In this document: positions 59,077 to 64,000 of the stretch, one piece after another | Layout of the letters: each line of letters opens with the position of its first letter | Numbering within the stretch: position 1 is the stretch's first letter | IMG/VR virus record: IMGVR_UViG_3300025853_000045 | Coordinates: 1 to 64,000 of that record | Length of the DNA stretch: 64,000 bases | Direction: 5' to 3' (one strand) | DNA from: a virus | The notes under the pieces: generated by a model | Seen by the model: the letters and a program-made list of their open reading frames with translations, nothing else | What the model was told of the DNA's origin: nothing | The model's database searches: none | Position numbers and translations under genes: made by a program

Positions 59077-59727
59077 ATGCCACACCGAATAAAGCATAAC
59101 GAAGAACAAACATACACAGACGACCCAACAACCTATGAGTTGCCACAAGACCATAGGCTTGAGTTGGTATCTGTTGAACGAACACCAATGGGAAGCACAG
59201 CACCCGTCCATGTCATGAGAACATGGGAGGTTGTCTTCTGTCCTCTCATGCAAGAAGCACGATTGAATGCGGAACGCGAACAAAAAGAAGAGGAAGCAAA
59301 GAAGATTGCGGACGAACGCTTCGCGACGAAGATGCATTTGGTGGACAAACTTCAACAAAAAACCGTCAAGCAACTCAAGGAGTTGGCGAACGACATGAAT
59401 GCGCGTCGCCCTAACTGCATTGTAGTGCCATCCAAAATCAAGAAGGCCGAACTTTCTTACTTGATTGCGAACACATTCATGGACTTGAACGACAGGGGAT
59501 TGACAACAGTCACTAATAATGACGACGGAACATTCACTCTTGAAATCACATTTGAATGCGACCTATGCGGAGACGATACCCATGTTGGATTCGTTGATAA
59601 CGCTCAAACATTCAAGGTCTGCAAGTTTTGTGATACCGATGGTTCACAATTCAAGCCGAAAGATTGGCCTCAAGATGTCTTGGATGAAATCAACGTTGAC
59701 CTCGACACAGGATTGGTGAAAGCATGA
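59077..59727 (+). CDS. Protein with Rho-N/HeH-like motif and zinc ribbon (216 aa)
   Basis: AGGAGG ribosome site before MPHRIK; KTVKQLKELA...KKAEL; CDLC...CKFC. Confidence 0.7.
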   Translation: MPHRIKHNEEQTYTDDPTTYELPQDHRLELVSVERTPMGSTAPVHVMRTWEVVFCPLMQEARLNAEREQKEEEAKKIADERFATKMHLVDKLQQKTVKQLKELANDMNARRPNCIVVPSKIKKAELSYLIANTFMDLNDRGLTTVTNNDDGTFTLEITFECDLCGDDTHVGFVDNAQTFKVCKFCDTDGSQFKPKDWPQDVLDEINVDLDTGLVKA

Positions 59728-60203
59728 GTCAGGTCGAAGGATTACTTTGGAACAAATGGGTCGCTGTGCAACCGTCCTATCTTACAACACATATCTTACA
59801 TCTGCAACCTGAAGAATACGACATGCAAGAACAGCGAATCGCGATACGATTCTTACAATTGTCTCGCTTACTTTGCCGAAACGAAATACCCACAACGGTT
59901 CTCTTAGAACTCGCGGAGGGTAAAAGGTTCGTGGACATTGAGACACACGACGAAGAAAACTACCGCGTCTATTTCCCACTCAACCCTGTTCAACAGATGA
60001 TGCAGGACGAGGCTGACTACTTACAAGCACGCGCTGATGCACAAAATGAATCATTACAAACAGGTATCATCTTGAAATCAGAACGCGAAGAGTTGGAGGA
60101 ACAAATCGCTGACCTTGAACAGGCCATTGAAATCGGTGGCTATGGTTCAAACGACTTGAGAATACTTGACTCACTCAAGAAAGAATTGGAGGACTTAGAA
60201 TGA
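59724..60203 (+). CDS. Hypothetical protein (159 aa)
   Basis: ATGA overlap; C-terminal coiled coil. Confidence 0.7.
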   Translation: MSQVEGLLWNKWVAVQPSYLTTHILHLQPEEYDMQEQRIAIRFLQLSRLLCRNEIPTTVLLELAEGKRFVDIETHDEENYRVYFPLNPVQQMMQDEADYLQARADAQNESLQTGIILKSEREELEEQIADLEQAIEIGGYGSNDLRILDSLKKELEDLE

Positions 60204-60595
60204 ACAGCATACCAAAGACAAAAAGATACATTGAAATGGACATCAAAGAAAAGATTGCTAACGATTGTGGAGGCACACAACTTATTGATGATGTGAACCA
60301 TCCTGTGCGACGCTACTTCCGCTGTTGGCTTGACGGTTCTTACGAATACGATGGCGGGATTACTTATCGTCGCAACTGTGATTTCATTCTGAAACATCAC
60401 GACGACCATCGAATCATGCGTCAGTTTGTTGTCAATCAGTTCGCTACTTACACAGCACACGAATACAATTGTTCGGTTAGATACGCGAGAGAATGTATCG
60501 TTGCTTGCATTGAGAAACCAAATCTTGAGCATCTCAATGAGTTGCTTATCGAAGACGCACTCGACCTTGTTGACATAAGGGAGGAAGAACAATGA
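60200..60595 (+). CDS. Hypothetical protein (131 aa)
   Basis: ATGA overlap; GGAGG ribosome site. Confidence 0.7.
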   Translation: MNSIPKTKRYIEMDIKEKIANDCGGTQLIDDVNHPVRRYFRCWLDGSYEYDGGITYRRNCDFILKHHDDHRIMRQFVVNQFATYTAHEYNCSVRYARECIVACIEKPNLEHLNELLIEDALDLVDIREEEQ

Positions 60596-61017
60596 AAGAA
60601 GAACAATACGAAGACCGAAGACAAATGGCCGTTGATATTCTCAACGGTATAGACAACACGAACATGACCAGCGATGGATTGATTCGCCACGCGATGGACT
60701 TGATGTGCAACTATGGATACACAACATACCGCAAAGCAATGCGCACAGTCCTTGAGTATTACAATGCGAATCCGAAAATGTATCGTAACGACATACCGAC
60801 CCGCTACACATACATGGGTCAGTTGTGGCGAGAAGAATACCCCGACGCGTATGAAACATACCGAGAGGAACTTCGCGCAAAGCGAGAAGCCCAAAAGATT
60901 GCAGAAGAAAAAACCATCGTCAATCAAATGATAAGCGACTTGGCTCATGACTTGGCGAACCGCGACCAACACAACTCGATGATTGGCTTTGAACCAACGG
61001 ACGGTGAGGGTCAATGA
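60592..61017 (+). CDS. Hypothetical protein (141 aa)
   Basis: ATGA overlap; GGAGG ribosome site. Confidence 0.7.
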   Translation: MKEEQYEDRRQMAVDILNGIDNTNMTSDGLIRHAMDLMCNYGYTTYRKAMRTVLEYYNANPKMYRNDIPTRYTYMGQLWREEYPDAYETYREELRAKREAQKIAEEKTIVNQMISDLAHDLANRDQHNSMIGFEPTDGEGQ

Positions 61018-61181
61018 AGTCAGTCTTCATGCTCAGTGTTCCCTACGAAGGACTATGTGGACCTGCTTTTACTACCCGCGAAGAAGCGGAGAAGTTTTGG
61101 TCGGAAGAAATCAGCACAGACTACGGTGAGAAAATCGTTGAAGTCAAGGTTCGCACATCAGCAAAGGAGGATTCACAATGA
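61014..61181 (+). CDS. Small hypothetical protein (55 aa), below the ORF-track cutoff
   Basis: ATGA overlaps at both ends; MKSVFMLSVPYEGLCGPAFTTREEAEKFWSEEISTDYGEKIVEVKVRTSAKEDSQ. Confidence 0.7.
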   Translation: MKSVFMLSVPYEGLCGPAFTTREEAEKFWSEEISTDYGEKIVEVKVRTSAKEDSQ

Positions 61182-61636
61182 GTGACCAAGACGCTTGGCT
61201 GACTGAACTTGAAAAACTGATACAAGACCCGCACTCGGTTGTGTCGTTCCACATGAATGACACAGGCGACGGAGAATACATACTGAACGCTGATGCAATC
61301 ATTCGACCATCGAGCATGTATCGAAATGTATTCATCAACCCACACAGAACATTCTCTAACCTGCCACACAGCATGGTCAAGACATGCCCTTCGTGCCAAA
61401 GCGAATGGCAATCGTTCGTCAGCAACGGTCTGATGGACGTGCGATATTGTTGTGGTATCTCCATTTGTGAGAATACATACGCGCAAGTTAAAAATCGTAA
61501 CCTTTATGGTGAGAGTAGCGTTGCAAAAGATATGGCGCGCAACACAGAAATAATGTTCGACCTGATTCTCGATGATGACATCGAAGAAGAAGACGACGAC
61601 GACATGTTCGACCTAACATTAGGAGGGACTATCTGA
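61178..61636 (+). CDS. Zinc-binding protein with acidic MFDLTL tail (152 aa)
   Basis: CPSC...CCG..IC; ends EIMFDLILDDDIEEEDDDDMFDLTLGGTI. Confidence 0.7.
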   Translation: MSDQDAWLTELEKLIQDPHSVVSFHMNDTGDGEYILNADAIIRPSSMYRNVFINPHRTFSNLPHSMVKTCPSCQSEWQSFVSNGLMDVRYCCGISICENTYAQVKNRNLYGESSVAKDMARNTEIMFDLILDDDIEEEDDDDMFDLTLGGTI

Positions 61637-61830
61637 TGCGCCGATTTGAATTAAGAACCAATTCAAGAGACGATGCGTTCTTTCACATTCACATCGTTCA
61701 TGATGAAGAAGAACGACGACAACAACGACTCAAGGACTTCAAGAAAGTCATTGAGATATACTGCGAGAACTTGAAGTCTCGCACATCACAGTCCACAGGA
61801 CACAACACAAAAAAGGAGGAAAAAATATGA
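61636..61830 (+). CDS. Hypothetical protein (64 aa)
   Basis: GGAGG ribosome site; coupled on both sides. Confidence 0.6.
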   Translation: MRRFELRTNSRDDAFFHIHIVHDEEERRQQRLKDFKKVIEIYCENLKSRTSQSTGHNTKKEEKI

Positions 61831-63842
61831 ACCCCGAAAAACAAGTAAGAGCCGTAGTAATCGGCTCGGTGAAGCAAGAAAACAACACCATGAAGCAGGT
61901 GATTTACACCGACGCTTCAGGTGACGAACAAACGAAATGGATACCGAACGCGTGTATCGTCTCGACGGAAGAGATTGACGGTCAGTCAATCATGTTCCTA
62001 CAAGACGCGACTGTCAATTCGGTTGAAGTAAGTGTAGCAGATATGTATGGTTTCTCAACCGACCACGCACAGATGCAAGACATGGCTGACGCATGGATTG
62101 AGTTCGGTGAAGTAACACCGTTCTCGCTCGACGCTGTCGAACTTCAACGCGAAGGTGAAGAAGTCGAAATGGATTTCGCATCAAAGGATGACACCGTTGA
62201 GATGTTTGACCTAACATTGGAAGATGACATTGACGACGAAGAGTCTGATGACTCGACGCCTCAATTCGACACCACGTCTTTCGACCTTTCAGCATTCGTT
62301 GAAGAAGAAGAAGCAGTCGATGACGAAGCAGTCAAGCAAGCGAAGAAGAAACAGAAGGCTATCGACAAGGTCGCTCTCGCAAGAGAGAAGCGCAAGGCTG
62401 ACTCCGACAAAGTGAAGGAGACACTCAACGACCCAATCAGCAAAGCAATGGCTGACGGTAAGCGACACGACGACTTTGGTGCATGGAACTTTGAAGCCAA
62501 GACATACGAACTCGCGATGATTGACTACGGGCCGAACGGCGAGAAGACAATCATTCCTGTTCGCACAACAAATGGCGATGCGCGGATGAGAACTGTTGTC
62601 AATCCAACACTCGCTGACGAAGACAACCCACTCGGCGTTGTCCTCAATCGTGCTGTCGGAAGCAACTTTGAAGTCATCGACCACCCAACTGTCTTCAAGC
62701 CTGTCATTGAACAAATCAATGCGGTGAACGATGCGGCGGGTCAAGAGTTGATTTCATGGTCAGCATTCTCAATCAACAAAGGTTCACGCGCTGTCATGAA
62801 CATTGACATCACAGGTTACGCGACCAAGACACGAAGCGAATCAGCCAAGTCCTTGAGCAACTACAACTATGTCAATCTGTCAGCGAATCGAATCCAAGAC
62901 GCGCTTGTCGAAGAGCATGGTGGACACCGAATGGGTGTAACCATCCTCAACTCTCACGACGGTAAGTCAGCACTTCAAGCATTCATGACTGTCCTCCGCA
63001 CTTACTGTGGCAACCTTGCCATGCGCGGTGGTGTTCAGAACTTGTTGATGTATGGCAACAGCACGAAGGTTCGACACATGAAGGGAAGCGTTGGTCAATT
63101 CGACGCTCACGATTGGGCTGAACGAGTCGTTGGTGCATTGGCGGAGAACCAAAAGAACCTCCTTGCCATGTCCATCCTGCGACACATCCCGAAAGAAATC
63201 ATCAACTTCGATAGTATGCTGACTGTTTTCAACAAGCATGGTCTTCTCCCTCAACCGACTGTCAAGGTCGCGGCAGGTGACAAGAATCAATTCGACGTCG
63301 ATGAGCAGGGCAACGTTGTCATGACGACTGCTTCTCTCGGTAAAGATGCGGCTCGCGTTCTTGGCGGACATGCTTACAACGCGGCGGTGAAAGGTTGGGT
63401 CGACCCTGACGTTCACTATGTCGCGGCTACAACCAAGAGTGGTGCGCCTCAACGTGACGAAGATTCAATCGGAACAATGTGGCACGTCGCTCAAGTTGGT
63501 TCAGGTATGGTTACACACAACCCAATGTATTCTGACGGGACGCGTGTTTTGCATGGTAAGAAACAAGGTGTCGAGACGTTCATGAATCGTTCAGGCACAA
63601 TGACTTCTCTCTTTGAAGACATCGCATTCCGCGCTGTCAACAAGTATGCTGAACACACAGGACAACCTGTTGATGACCTCCAAGCAATGGAGCAATGGTA
63701 TGCGGAGAACCCTCACATGCTTGAAGTTCCATACAGCGATACTGTCAAAGGCACAAAGAAGATGAAGCCAATCACAGAAGTTCCTTCTTTCCAAGAAACA
63801 TGGAAGGTCAAGATTGTTGAAGAAACGGTGAAGACCAAGTAG
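61827..63842 (+). CDS. DUF932-like domain protein with acidic N-terminal extension (671 aa)
   Basis: TILNSHDGKSALQAFMTVLRTYCGNL...VRH matches the NSHDG...R..C.N...RH signature of DUF932/DUF945 proteins. Confidence 0.7.
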   Translation: MNPEKQVRAVVIGSVKQENNTMKQVIYTDASGDEQTKWIPNACIVSTEEIDGQSIMFLQDATVNSVEVSVADMYGFSTDHAQMQDMADAWIEFGEVTPFSLDAVELQREGEEVEMDFASKDDTVEMFDLTLEDDIDDEESDDSTPQFDTTSFDLSAFVEEEEAVDDEAVKQAKKKQKAIDKVALAREKRKADSDKVKETLNDPISKAMADGKRHDDFGAWNFEAKTYELAMIDYGPNGEKTIIPVRTTNGDARMRTVVNPTLADEDNPLGVVLNRAVGSNFEVIDHPTVFKPVIEQINAVNDAAGQELISWSAFSINKGSRAVMNIDITGYATKTRSESAKSLSNYNYVNLSANRIQDALVEEHGGHRMGVTILNSHDGKSALQAFMTVLRTYCGNLAMRGGVQNLLMYGNSTKVRHMKGSVGQFDAHDWAERVVGALAENQKNLLAMSILRHIPKEIINFDSMLTVFNKHGLLPQPTVKVAAGDKNQFDVDEQGNVVMTTASLGKDAARVLGGHAYNAAVKGWVDPDVHYVAATTKSGAPQRDEDSIGTMWHVAQVGSGMVTHNPMYSDGTRVLHGKKQGVETFMNRSGTMTSLFEDIAFRAVNKYAEHTGQPVDDLQAMEQWYAENPHMLEVPYSDTVKGTKKMKPITEVPSFQETWKVKIVEETVKTK

Positions 63843-64000
63843 GCGTAAAGTAATCTGACGCGTATCTGTCCTACCATCTGATACCCCCTTCGTATTCCAC
63901 GACGCGGTTTACACGTTCCGCGATAACAAAGACGTGTCTCTCTCTCATGGGGAGAGTGTGGTAAGTTCTTCTTCCGTAGGACGCATCCCTCTTTGTTCGC

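Noticed and set aside
63843-64000. Possible structured RNA or tRNA after the DUF932-like gene
   Set aside because: Only short hairpins, no cloverleaf or T-loop consensus, and truncated by the window edge.
1-64000. Diversity-generating retroelement, integrase or transposon
   Set aside because: No reverse transcriptase, recombinase or transposase motifs, and no template/variable repeat pair seen.

Overview
This 64 kb window is part of a large tailed (Caudoviricetes) virus genome. It most resembles the viruses of marine Group II Euryarchaeota ('magroviruses'), an inference from GGAGG/GAGGTGA ribosome sites, TATA-like promoters and the ligase-like gene - prohead protease - capsid gene order. Positions 1-53,250 are an almost entirely minus-strand morphogenesis block. 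In transcription order it holds a 2,307-aa protein, a six-gene membrane cluster built around an Arf-like small GTPase, a probable terminase small subunit, three large unknown proteins, the terminase large subunit and a run of small basic or Cys-rich proteins. It continues with a LAGLIDADG protein, portal, small scaffold-like proteins, a 1,974-aa protein ending in a degenerate DNA-ligase domain, prohead protease/scaffold, major capsid protein, neck and tail genes, a tail chaperone pair with a -1 frameshift site, and tape measure. It ends with a giant (>=3,456 aa) LamG-containing ORF that the ORF track missed because it runs off the left edge. After a CGCG-dense non-coding junction (~53,950-54,385) transcription switches to the plus strand, with small early-type ORFs, an SF2 helicase and a DUF932-like protein. 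Three signals stand out. (1) A portable 'AW-x-h-h-K' leader is shared by unrelated small proteins and matches h-h-K|(A/S/G) sites in capsid, portal and protease, suggesting a capsid cargo-tagging and processing system. (2) The Arf-like GTPase sits in a membrane-protein operon. (3) An acidic M(F/Y)DLTL motif is shared by four unrelated proteins. No tRNA, rRNA, CRISPR array or integrase was seen. All product calls come from reading motifs by eye; no database search was run.
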